NCBI GenBank assembly: GCA_039586495.1
Contig: JBDHKG010000033.1
Location: 5,689-69,688, forward strand
DNA from: Gemmatimonadota bacterium
GTDB lineage: Bacteria; Gemmatimonadota; Gemmatimonadetes; Palauibacterales; KS3-K002
Length of the DNA stretch: 64,000 bases
Direction of reading: 5' to 3'
Translations under genes and position numbers: made by a program
Notes under the pieces: generated by a model
What the model was told of the DNA's origin: nothing
Databases searched by the model: none
What the model saw: only the letters and a program-made list of their open reading frames with translations
In this document: positions 16,711-24,902 of the stretch, piece by piece
Layout of the letters: each line of letters begins with the position of its first letter
How positions within the stretch are numbered: the stretch's first letter is position 1

Positions 16711-17817
16711 CTACTCCATCAAGCGCAGCGGCATCACCAGACACAGGTAGCTCTCGTCACCGCCCACTGGCTCGAACGTGGCAGGTCGTTCCGGAGCGCT
16801 CAAGGCAATCTGCACCTCTTCGGTGCTGATGTAGCGCAAGATCTCAAGCAGATAATTGGCGTTGAAACCGATGTCCAACGGTGCCGCTGAGTACTCTACC
16901 CCCAGCTCGTCCTCCGCTTCGCCCAGATCCGGCGTCTGCACAGCTAGCCGTAAGGTCCCAGGCCCGAAGCTCAGGCGGACTCTATGCGTCTGGTCCGAGG
17001 CCACTATCGCGACTCTACGCACCGCTGCGGTGAGCGCTCCCCGATCAGCAATGCAGATCTTGTCGTTGTCCTCAGGGAGCACCTGCTCGTAGTTTGGATA
17101 GGGGCCCTCGATGAGCCGGGTATAGACCTCGACGCGTGCTGTCCGGAACCCCAGATGGCTCTCTGAGCGGGCAATCTCAAGTCGATCCTCGGCGTCAAAC
17201 AGCCGTTCTACCTGCTGTAAGCCTTTCGGCGGCACGATCAGGTCCTCATCCTGCCCAGACGCGTCCCGCGTGACGTTCACGACCATCTTGGCCAGGCGGT
17301 GACCGTTCGTGGCAACCATCCGCATCTCAGCGCCGCGGATTTGCCACAGCACACCGTTCAGCACGGGGCGGGTTTCCTCGCTCGACACGGCGAAGCTCGT
17401 GTGTGCACTTAACTTCTGGAGTTCACCGCTCCGCAGGCTCCAGGCCTCGTCAAAGGGCACATCCGGAAAACTTGGATACTCATCAGCAGGCAGGCTGTGC
17501 AGCCGGAACTTTGAAGTGCCACAGACCAGGCTAACCCTACCCCCATCAGCCTGGAGCTGCACGGGCGCGTCAGGCAGCTCACGCGCGATGTCCGCCACTT
17601 TCTTCGCAGGCAAGGTGATCGCGCCTGCGCGCTCCACCTCCGCTGGCGTCTGCACGCTGACCGAGATGTCCAAGTCGGTACCTCGGACCCGCAGCCTATC
17701 CTCGAGCGTCTCCACCAAGATGTTCGAGAGCACAGGCAGCGTTGTGCGGGCGGGGATGGTCGCTGCTACCGCGGACAGTCCCCTCTGGAAGTTCTCGCGC
17801 GTGATCGTGACCTTCAT
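16711..17817 (-). CDS. dnaN: DNA polymerase III beta sliding clamp
   Basis: 368 aa. MKVTITRENFQRGLSAVAATIPARTTLPVLSNILVE... ends in MPLRL. Immediately downstream of dnaA. Confidence 0.95.
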   Translation of the reverse strand: MKVTITRENFQRGLSAVAATIPARTTLPVLSNILVETLEDRLRVRGTDLDISVSVQTPAEVERAGAITLPAKKVADIARELPDAPVQLQADGGRVSLVCGTSKFRLHSLPADEYPSFPDVPFDEAWSLRSGELQKLSAHTSFAVSSEETRPVLNGVLWQIRGAEMRMVATNGHRLAKMVVNVTRDASGQDEDLIVPPKGLQQVERLFDAEDRLEIARSESHLGFRTARVEVYTRLIEGPYPNYEQVLPEDNDKICIADRGALTAAVRRVAIVASDQTHRVRLSFGPGTLRLAVQTPDLGEAEDELGVEYSAAPLDIGFNANYLLEILRYISTEEVQIALSAPERPATFEPVGGDESYLCLVMPLRLME

Positions 17818-18102
17818 GTCTCTTCACCTGTCAGGCTTAGAGTGTGAATCCCCGGGTAAGGAGCTTTTGAACTCTGCTATATAATATCAAACAGTAGTAG
17901 TAGCAGGGGTGTGGATTGGTGGGCAAGTGGGGGGGCAGGGCAGCGCAAGCGGCGGCTGCACGCCTGATTGTCGGGGCTTCTGGTTTGTGGAAAAGGTGCT
18001 CGGTAGGGTCTGGCGGGGGTGGTTGTGGGGTGGGTAATTGCCCGGGTGTCCTCATCGATGGCAGGAGTCTACACAGGCTATCCACGATGGCTTGAACACC
18101 CC
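17818..18102. promoter_or_regulatory. Candidate oriC core (DnaA boxes, TAG trinucleotide trio, AT-rich element) in the dnaA-dnaN intergenic region
   Basis: TGTGGAAAA (17986-17994) reads TTTTCCACA on the other strand and fits TTWTNCACA. Degenerate boxes lie at 17843-17851, 17910-17918 and 18078-18086. (TAG)3 at 17895-17903 sits next to a G-rich spacer and a box. AT-rich CTATATAATATCAAACA spans 17877-17893. Confidence 0.55.
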
Positions 18103-19479
18103 CTAGGAGAATTGGCCGCGCAAGGCCTCGACCTTGCGGCGGAACTCCGGATCCCGCGCCAGCTGTTCCTCAACCTTCTGGATTGAGTGGATGACGGTCG
18201 AGTGATCCCGGCCCCCGAATCGCTCACCGATGCGGGTGTAGGGCAGGTCGAGCAGCGCCTTTTGCAGGTACATCGCGACCTGCCTCGGGTCTGTGACCCG
18301 CCGCTGGCGTTTCTTGGACTGCAGTTCCGTGACGGTGACGCCATAAGCGTGGGCCACCGCGCTCTCGATGTCGGCGGGGGATGCCTCGCGCAACGGGCCC
18401 AAGGCACCGCGCAGCACCTCTGTGGCGAGCTTGGCTGTAATATCCCGCCGGGTGAGCGAGCTGTACGCCAGCAGCTTGATGATCGCGCCCTCAAGCTCAC
18501 GCACTGACGAGCGGCAGTGCTCGGCGATGTAGCTCAGAACCGCATCGCTAATTTCGAGGCCGTCCTGCCCTGCCTTGGACTGGAGTATGGCCATGCGGGT
18601 CTCGAAGTCCGGTGGCCGGATATCCGTGACGAGGCCCCACTGAAACCGGGAGATCAGCCGCTCTTGCAGACCAGGGATTTCCTTCGGCGCCCGGTCGCTA
18701 GTCAAGACGATTTGCCGCTGCGCGTCATGTAGGGCATTGAACGTGTGGAAGAACTCCTCCTGGGTCCCCTCCTTGCCGGCCAGGAAGTGGGCGTCATCAA
18801 CGAGCAGTACGTCGATCCGCCGATAGCGACCGTGAAACTGCGTTGTCTGGCGCGCCTGGATTGCGGCGATCAGCTCGTTGGTGAACCGCTCCGTCGGTAC
18901 GTAGGCCACCCGGCTCCCGGGGAACCTCTTGAGCACGGCGTTGCCGATAGCGTGCATCAGGTGCGTTTTGCCGAGCCCCACGCCACCGTAGATGAACAGT
19001 GGATTGTACGCATGCGCCGGCGCGGAGGCGACAGCCTGGCAGGCTGCTGCGGCAAGCTCGTTGCTGCTGCCAACCACGAAGTTCTCCAGCGTGTAACGCG
19101 CGTTCAGCTGCCCGACCACGGGCGTCGGCGGCGGAGTCGGTGGCTCAGGGGCTCCGCCGCCCGCATCGACCTCCTCAAATCCCACAACTGGCATTGGCTG
19201 GAAGAGCGGTGCACTCTCTGGAAGGTCCGTGCCCGCCTCAAAGCTGAGCCGGAAGCCCGGACCCAGGAGCTGCTGTGTGAGCGACAGCAGAAGCTCGCCG
19301 TACTTGCCCTCGATCCATTCCACCGCGAAGTCGCTGGGCGCGGCGATCACCAGCTCATCGGCTGACAGGGCAACGGCCTGCGTCCGGGCGAGCCAGGTTC
19401 GAAAGCTCTGCTCTGGAAGCTTGACTCTGGCGCCTTCGAGGATTTTCGACCAGGCTTCCTGGGCCGTCAGCTCCATCAA
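18103..19479 (-). CDS. dnaA: Chromosomal replication initiator protein DnaA
   Basis: 458 aa. AAA+ Walker A is GGVGLGKTHL. The C-terminal DNA-binding domain contains RRVTDPRQVAMYL...IGERFGGRDHSTVIHS. Confidence 0.97.
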   Translation of the reverse strand: MMELTAQEAWSKILEGARVKLPEQSFRTWLARTQAVALSADELVIAAPSDFAVEWIEGKYGELLLSLTQQLLGPGFRLSFEAGTDLPESAPLFQPMPVVGFEEVDAGGGAPEPPTPPPTPVVGQLNARYTLENFVVGSSNELAAAACQAVASAPAHAYNPLFIYGGVGLGKTHLMHAIGNAVLKRFPGSRVAYVPTERFTNELIAAIQARQTTQFHGRYRRIDVLLVDDAHFLAGKEGTQEEFFHTFNALHDAQRQIVLTSDRAPKEIPGLQERLISRFQWGLVTDIRPPDFETRMAILQSKAGQDGLEISDAVLSYIAEHCRSSVRELEGAIIKLLAYSSLTRRDITAKLATEVLRGALGPLREASPADIESAVAHAYGVTVTELQSKKRQRRVTDPRQVAMYLQKALLDLPYTRIGERFGGRDHSTVIHSIQKVEEQLARDPEFRRKVEALRGQFS

Positions 19480-19652
19480 CTCCGGACGCAGGCGGGATTG
19501 GGACGTTCGTTACACTTGAGTGTATTGTCGCGGCTGGTCGGTAGGCCGCGCGCCATCTTAGACGAGCGGCGTAGACAAGTCAAGTTAGCCGAGCGCCCGG
19601 AGCGGGAGTAGGAGGATGAACAGGATGGCAGGGAATAACAGCAGGCACCGCG

Positions 19653-20873
19653 GTGGGAGTGGCGCCTATGCGACTGCGTGACCTGCGGCTAGGCCCCGGC
19701 GTCATCGTTGCCGCGGCCTTCATCGGGCCTGGCACCGTCACTACAGCGACCGTGGCGGGCGCCAACTACGGGTATGCCCTGATCTGGGCACTTGCGTTCT
19801 CCGTGGTGGCAGCCCTCGTGCTTCAGGAGATGTCAGCGCGTCTCGGTGTGATCGGCGGCATGGGACTCGGCGAAGCGATGCGGCGCCGGTTCCACGGCCG
19901 GCTCGCGCGCTTGGCGTCCGCCGGGCTGGTGATTGGCGCCATTCTGGTCGGCAACGCGGCATACGAGACGGGCAACCTGCTGGGGGGCGCCCTCGGGCTG
20001 GAGGAGCTGGTTGGCGGCAGCGGCCGGCTGTGGAGCGCTGGCCTGGGGCTGCTCGCCTTCGCCCTGCTCTGGTCAGGCCGCTACAGGTGGGTGGAACGGG
20101 TCTTGGTGGGGATGGTCGCGGTCATGGGGATCGTTTTCCTGACGACGGCGGTTGCGCTGCGGCCGGATCTGAGCGGCCTGCTGGGCGGGCTGCTGCCCAG
20201 CAAGCTCGACGATCAGGCGGCCATGCTCACGGCGTTGGGCTTGGTCGGGACGACCGTGGTTCCTTACAACCTCTTCCTGCACGCCTCAGCCGTACAGGAG
20301 CGCTGGCAGGGGGAGGCACATCTCGAGGCTGCGCGCGCCGACACGGGCATCTCCGTGACGCTGGGCGGCGTCATCTCCATCGCCGTGCTGGTCACAGCGG
20401 CAGCGCTCCCGGCGACGCTGAGCGTGTCAAGCGCAGCTGACATGGCACAGGCGCTCGAGCCGCTGCTGGGCCGCTGGGCAGGGGCGTTCTTCGCCTGTGG
20501 GCTGCTGGCTGCGGGTTTGTCCTCGGCCATTACCGCGCCGCTGGCGGCGGCGTATGCCATGTGCGGCGTGCTCGGTTGGCAGGGCGGGCTCCAGGCGCCG
20601 CGCGCTCGGCTCGTATGGATCGTGGTTCTGGGGGCCGGCGTGCTGTTCTCGGTGCTCGCGGTGCGGCCGGTGCCCGCGATCATGTTCGCGCAGGCGGCGA
20701 ACGGCCTGCTGTTGCCGATCGTCGCTGGGTTCCTGCTCTACCTGGCCAACGACCGGGGTCTGCTGGGGGTCCGGGCGAACGGTCGAGCCAGCAACGTCTT
20801 AGGCGTCGTGGCGGTGGTGGTGGCGGCGATTCTGGGTCTACGATCGTTGTTTGGGGCACTTTTTGGGTTGTGA
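19653..20873 (+). CDS. NRAMP-family membrane transporter (non-canonical, YcsG-like; lacks DPGN motif)
   Basis: About 11 TM helices. TM1 reads FIGPGTVTTATVAGANYGYALIW instead of the canonical DPGN. Start could be GTG 19653 or ATG 19668. Confidence 0.75.
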   Translation: MGVAPMRLRDLRLGPGVIVAAAFIGPGTVTTATVAGANYGYALIWALAFSVVAALVLQEMSARLGVIGGMGLGEAMRRRFHGRLARLASAGLVIGAILVGNAAYETGNLLGGALGLEELVGGSGRLWSAGLGLLAFALLWSGRYRWVERVLVGMVAVMGIVFLTTAVALRPDLSGLLGGLLPSKLDDQAAMLTALGLVGTTVVPYNLFLHASAVQERWQGEAHLEAARADTGISVTLGGVISIAVLVTAAALPATLSVSSAADMAQALEPLLGRWAGAFFACGLLAAGLSSAITAPLAAAYAMCGVLGWQGGLQAPRARLVWIVVLGAGVLFSVLAVRPVPAIMFAQAANGLLLPIVAGFLLYLANDRGLLGVRANGRASNVLGVVAVVVAAILGLRSLFGALFGL

Positions 20874-20890
20874 GCCGCAGTGCGTTCGGC

Positions 20891-20919
20891 TTGATTGGGT
20901 GGGCGGGGGCGCATATATT
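20891..20919 (+). promoter_or_regulatory. Sigma-70-like promoter for rpmH/rnpA (TTGATT-N17-TATATT)
   Basis: The -35 element TTGATT (20891-20896) and the -10 element TATATT (20914-20919) are separated by exactly 17 nt. This is an AT-rich match in a GC-rich intergenic region just upstream of the rnpA GTG and rpmH ATG. Confidence 0.45.
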
Positions 20920-20939
20920 CGGGCCGCTCTTTCTGAACC

Positions 20940-21503
20940 GTGAGAAGTCTTTGGCTGGCAACGTCATCGGGGGGCCGACCCCATGAAACCGACGTACCGT
21001 CCTCGGAATCGGAAGCGTCTGCGCAAGCACGGCTTCCGAGCGAGACGAAGAACCAAGACGGGCCGGCAGGTGCTGAGGCGGCGCCGCCGCAGGGGCCGGA
21101 AGCGGCTGGCGGTGACGGTCCCCAAGAAATAGGCCGCGCCCGGGGCCGCTATCGGTTCCCAAGAGGTGCGCGGATCCGACGAAGGTCGGAGATACGAGAG
21201 GCGGTGCGCCGGGGGAAGCGGAGGCGAACGAGTTGCCTCGAAGTGTTCGTCACCGATTCCCCCGCTTTGCGTCCACGCTTGGCGCTGGTAGTGCCGAGGC
21301 ACGGGCGCAAGATTGTGGAGCGGAATCGGCTCAAGCGGAGGTTGAAGGAGGGCGCGCGGCTGGAGCTGTTGCCCCGCTGCCGTGACCGCGGAGCGGCTCT
21401 CGACATCGTGATCAGGGCGCGACCCCAGGCCTATGAGGCCCAGTCGCGCCAACTGTTGAATGAGATTGCCGGACTTGCGGAACAGCTATGCTCAGAAGGC
21501 TGA
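20940..21503 (+). CDS. rnpA: Ribonuclease P protein component (start uncertain; the only canonical start lies upstream of rpmH)
   Basis: The conserved RnpA core is [32 protein letters not shown]...[19 protein letters not shown]. There is no ATG/GTG/TTG in frame between the rpmH stop and the conserved FPR motif. The frame is open back to GTG 20940. Confidence 0.7.
   Translation: MRSLWLATSSGGRPHETDVPSSESEASAQARLPSETKNQDGPAGAEAAPPQGPEAAGGDGPQEIGRARGRYRFPRGARIRRRSEIREAVRRGKRRRTSCLEVFVTDSPALRPRLALVVPRHGRKIVERNRLKRRLKEGARLELLPRCRDRGAALDIVIRARPQAYEAQSRQLLNEIAGLAEQLCSEG
20983..21132 (+). CDS. rpmH: 50S ribosomal protein L34
   Basis: Not in the ORF track (49 aa). Hand translation: [49 protein letters not shown]-stop, the canonical L34 sequence pattern. 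Confidence 0.9.
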   Translation: MKPTYRPRNRKRLRKHGFRARRRTKTGRQVLRRRRRRGRKRLAVTVPKK

Positions 21504-21700
21504 TGGTTATGCTGATCCGCGGCTATCAAGTCGCCATATCACCGCTGCTGCCGGCGTCGTGCCGCCACACGCCGAGCTGCTCGCAGTACGCAGTTGAGGC
21601 ATTGCAGCGGCACGGCGCCCTCAGGGGTAGCTGGCTGGCAGTGCGTCGTCTCTGCCGCTGTCATCCGTTCCGCCCAGGCGGCTACGACCCGGTGCCGTAG
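21488..21700 (+). CDS. yidD: Membrane protein insertion efficiency factor YidD
   Basis: [53 protein letters not shown] is the canonical YidD sequence. Confidence 0.9.
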   Translation: MLRRLMVMLIRGYQVAISPLLPASCRHTPSCSQYAVEALQRHGALRGSWLAVRRLCRCHPFRPGGYDPVP

Positions 21701-21701
21701 T

Positions 21702-23420
21702 ATGGGTACGGAGAAGCGGCTCGTCCTGGCGGTCGTCTTGATGATGGCGGTCGTTTTCATCGTCAACATCCTCTTCCCACCGGCGCCACCGCCGGAACCC
21801 GCAGAGGAGGTGGAGACGGTTGCCGCGCCGGCTGAGGAGACCCCAACGCCCGGTGCCGAGGCGCTGGAGGCTCCTGCCCAGCAGCTACCGGCCGAGGAAG
21901 AGCTCGCCCTGCCGGCGTGGACGGGTCCTGCGGAACCGGAGACGGAGGATACCGTCTGGGTCACGAGCCCGCTCTACCGTCTGGGGTTCGCGCAGCGCGG
22001 CGCTCGTCTGGTCTCCGCCGAGATGCTGGAGTTCGAGTCGCTCGGCGCTGACACCAAGGGCGAGCCCGTACAACTGGTGCCGCCGCTGGCGGAGAACTTC
22101 TTCACCCACAAGTGGCTGGTCGGGGATGACACGCTGGATCTGCGGGGCGCAACCTTTGAGGCGCAGCCAGCGGAGCTGAGCCTCGGTACGACCAGCGCGC
22201 CGCAGGTCCTCACCTTCGTCTATCAGCATCCTCGAGTGCCATTCCGCCTGGAATTGCACTACACCTTCCATCCTGGCAGCTACGTGATCGAGCTGGAGGG
22301 CCAGCTGCTGGGCGTGCAGCCGATGGGATGGTGGACGCTGGGGCTGGGCCCAGGGCTGCTGAGCAACGAGTGGGATCCCGAGGGCGACTACAAGGCAAAC
22401 CTCGCGTTCACTGCGAAGGGCCTGAATGGTGTAAAGTCGCAGAAGATCGGCGGGCTGCAACCCGATCAGCGGGCGAGCCTCGACGGCCCCTTCGACTGGG
22501 TGGCGGTGCGCACCAAGTACTTCGTTACTGCGGTCGTGCTGCCGCTCGATGCAGCGAGTGATCGCCGTTTCGGCGGTGTGCTCATCACGGGTCTTTCGCA
22601 GCCGTACCGCGCTGAGGGGGACGCGAGCTTCGCGGTGGGTCGCGATGGCAGCTTCGCCTACACCATCTACATGGGGCCCCAGGACCACGGCCGGCTCTCC
22701 GCCGTAGGACACAACCTCGATCAGGTGACCCCCTACGGCTACAGGTGGCTACAGCCGATCCTCAGGCCACTGGCCGCCGCCATCACGACGCTGCTTGTCT
22801 GGATGCACAACACGCTGAAGCTCGGTTACGGGTGGATCCTCATCCTCTTCGGCATCGGCATCCGCGTCGTGCTTTTCCCGCTGTACCAGAAGAGCCTGCG
22901 CTCGCAGATGGCGACGATGCGCGTCCAGCCGCTGATGAAAGAGATCCAGGACAAGTACAAGAGTGATCCCCAGCGGTTGCAGCAGGAGATGGTCAAGCTT
23001 TATCGCGAGCACAAGATCAACCCGCTGGGCGGCTGTCTCCCCATGCTGCTTCCCTTCCCTATCCTGATCGCGCTCTTCTTCGTGTTTCGGGATACGATCG
23101 AGTTCCGAGGCGTTCCGTTCCTCTGGCTGCCCGACCTCTCGCGACCGGACCCGTTGTACATCGTGCCGCTGCTGATGGGCGCCTCCATCTTCGTGCTCCA
23201 GTGGATCAGCCAGCGCACGATGCCGCAGAGCAACCCACAGATGAAGATGATGATGTGGGTGATGCCGGTGATGCTGGTCATACTGTTCCTCAACTTCGCG
23301 TCAGGGTTGAACCTGTACTACGCGACGATGAACCTGGCGTCGCTGCCGCAGCAGCTCTATCTGGCCAAGGAGCGGCGCGCGGCGGCCTCGCAGCCGACGC
23401 CCGCGAAGGCGAAGAGCTGA
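21702..23420 (+). CDS. yidC: Membrane protein insertase YidC
   Basis: ATG at 21702 gives MGTEKRLVLAVVLMMAVVFIVNILF (TM1). Periplasmic domain, then the conserved C-terminal core with YGWILILFGIGIRVVLFPL, MQPLMKEIQDKYK and GGCLPMLL. Confidence 0.9.
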   Translation: MGTEKRLVLAVVLMMAVVFIVNILFPPAPPPEPAEEVETVAAPAEETPTPGAEALEAPAQQLPAEEELALPAWTGPAEPETEDTVWVTSPLYRLGFAQRGARLVSAEMLEFESLGADTKGEPVQLVPPLAENFFTHKWLVGDDTLDLRGATFEAQPAELSLGTTSAPQVLTFVYQHPRVPFRLELHYTFHPGSYVIELEGQLLGVQPMGWWTLGLGPGLLSNEWDPEGDYKANLAFTAKGLNGVKSQKIGGLQPDQRASLDGPFDWVAVRTKYFVTAVVLPLDAASDRRFGGVLITGLSQPYRAEGDASFAVGRDGSFAYTIYMGPQDHGRLSAVGHNLDQVTPYGYRWLQPILRPLAAAITTLLVWMHNTLKLGYGWILILFGIGIRVVLFPLYQKSLRSQMATMRVQPLMKEIQDKYKSDPQRLQQEMVKLYREHKINPLGGCLPMLLPFPILIALFFVFRDTIEFRGVPFLWLPDLSRPDPLYIVPLLMGASIFVLQWISQRTMPQSNPQMKMMMWVMPVMLVILFLNFASGLNLYYATMNLASLPQQLYLAKERRAAASQPTPAKAKS

Positions 23421-23457
23421 GGAACGCCGCCGCCCACCCGCAGGCGGCATTCAGGAA

Positions 23458-24816
23458 ATGCAACAGGACACGATAGCGGCCATCTCCACCGCGCCGGGTC
23501 GGGCGGCAATCGCTGTGGTCCGCGCCTCCGGGCCTGGGGCGGTCCAGCTCATTGCGCGTACGCTCGACGGCTCGCTGCCGGAGCGGCGGCCGGCGCTACG
23601 CTGGTTGCGACACCCGGAGACCGGCGAGCAGGTGGACCGGGTCCTCGCCACGTACTACCGCGGGCCCAACAGTTACACCGGCGAGGATATGCTGGAGTTG
23701 AGCTGTCATGGCGGCCCGTTGGGGCCCCAGCTCGTCCTCGACGCGGTCCTCGCAGCCGGCGCCCGCCTGGCCGAGCCCGGTGAGTTCACGCGCCGGGCTT
23801 ACTTGAACGGGAAGCTTGATCTGTTGCAGGCCGAGGCGATCCTCGACTTGGTGGACGGCCGTTCAGCAGCGCAGCACCGGGCTGCCCTGCACCATCTCGA
23901 CCGTGGGCTGTCACGGCGCATCGAGGAGCTGCGCGAGGCGATCATCCGCTGCGAGGCGCTGCTCGTCTACGAGATCGACTTCCCCGGGGAGGACGAAGGT
24001 CCGGTACCGCCCGAGCAGATCGACGTGGCGGCCCGGGACGTCGCCGCCCGCATCGATCGATTGCTGGAGACGGCCGCGGAAGGCGAACTGCTCCGGGAAG
24101 GGGCGTTGACGGTGATCGCGGGGCGGCCCAACGCAGGCAAGTCGAGTCTGTTCAACGCGCTTTGCGGAGTGGAGCGGGTGATCGTGACCGAGGAGCCTGG
24201 CACCACCCGAGACGCCGTAGAGGCGCTCGTTTCCTTGGGTGGATATCCCTTCCGCCTCGTCGATACCGCGGGACTGCACGACGCGACCGGGAAGGTCGAG
24301 CGCCTGGGGATCGAGGTGGCGCGCCGCTATCTGGCCAGCGCTGACATCGTGCTCTTTTGCGCTGAGGCCGGGCGTCCCCTGTCCGACGAGGAGCTCCGTT
24401 TCCTCGGCGAGGTCCAGGCGGGTTCAGTCTTGCTGGTGCGCACCAAGAGCGATCTCGCTGCCGCAGGAGCAGCTGACACGGCCGAGGCGTTGGAGCTAGC
24501 GCAGGTGTGGGTGTCGACGCTGAGCGGCGCGGGACTCGCCGCGCTGCGCGATCTCCTGGTGAGCGCCGCCTTCTCAGGCAGCCTGGCTCTGGAGGCGGGG
24601 GCGCCGCTCATCACCCGGGAGCGCCACGCACGCGAGCTGCAACGGGGCGGGTCCGAGATGACTGCGTTTCTGGAGGCGCGCGCCTCAGGGCTGGCTCCCG
24701 AGGTCGTCGCCACCCACCTGCGTGCGGCCGCGCAGGCCCTGGAGGAGCTGCTCGGCGTCATCGCGCCCGAGGACGTGCTCGAGCGAGTATTCGCGGAGTT
24801 CTGCATCGGCAAATGA
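23458..24816 (+). CDS. mnmE: tRNA modification GTPase MnmE
   Basis: DTIAAISTAPGRAAIAVVRASG, G domain GRPNAGKSSLFNAL, and C-terminal CIGK. Confidence 0.95.
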   Translation: MQQDTIAAISTAPGRAAIAVVRASGPGAVQLIARTLDGSLPERRPALRWLRHPETGEQVDRVLATYYRGPNSYTGEDMLELSCHGGPLGPQLVLDAVLAAGARLAEPGEFTRRAYLNGKLDLLQAEAILDLVDGRSAAQHRAALHHLDRGLSRRIEELREAIIRCEALLVYEIDFPGEDEGPVPPEQIDVAARDVAARIDRLLETAAEGELLREGALTVIAGRPNAGKSSLFNALCGVERVIVTEEPGTTRDAVEALVSLGGYPFRLVDTAGLHDATGKVERLGIEVARRYLASADIVLFCAEAGRPLSDEELRFLGEVQAGSVLLVRTKSDLAAAGAADTAEALELAQVWVSTLSGAGLAALRDLLVSAAFSGSLALEAGAPLITRERHARELQRGGSEMTAFLEARASGLAPEVVATHLRAAAQALEELLGVIAPEDVLERVFAEFCIGK

Positions 24817-24902
24817 GCGTGTCTCGCGATTGCGCCGCTGCCAAGCGCGCGCTATTGCTGTACCCAAAGTTCCGTTTGGATCGTGCTCTTCCGGGAGGAA
24901 CC

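Noticed and set aside
19480-19652. DnaA boxes or a metal riboswitch upstream of dnaA and the NRAMP-like gene
   Set aside because: I could find no 9-mer within 2 mismatches of TTATCCACA and cannot support any riboswitch fold by eye. Only a short inverted repeat TACAC-TTGA-GTGTA was seen.
21204-21206. In-frame GTG as an rnpA start downstream of rpmH
   Set aside because: It would remove the conserved FPR...RIRRRSEI N-terminal motif of RNase P protein. It is kept only as an alternative to be tested.
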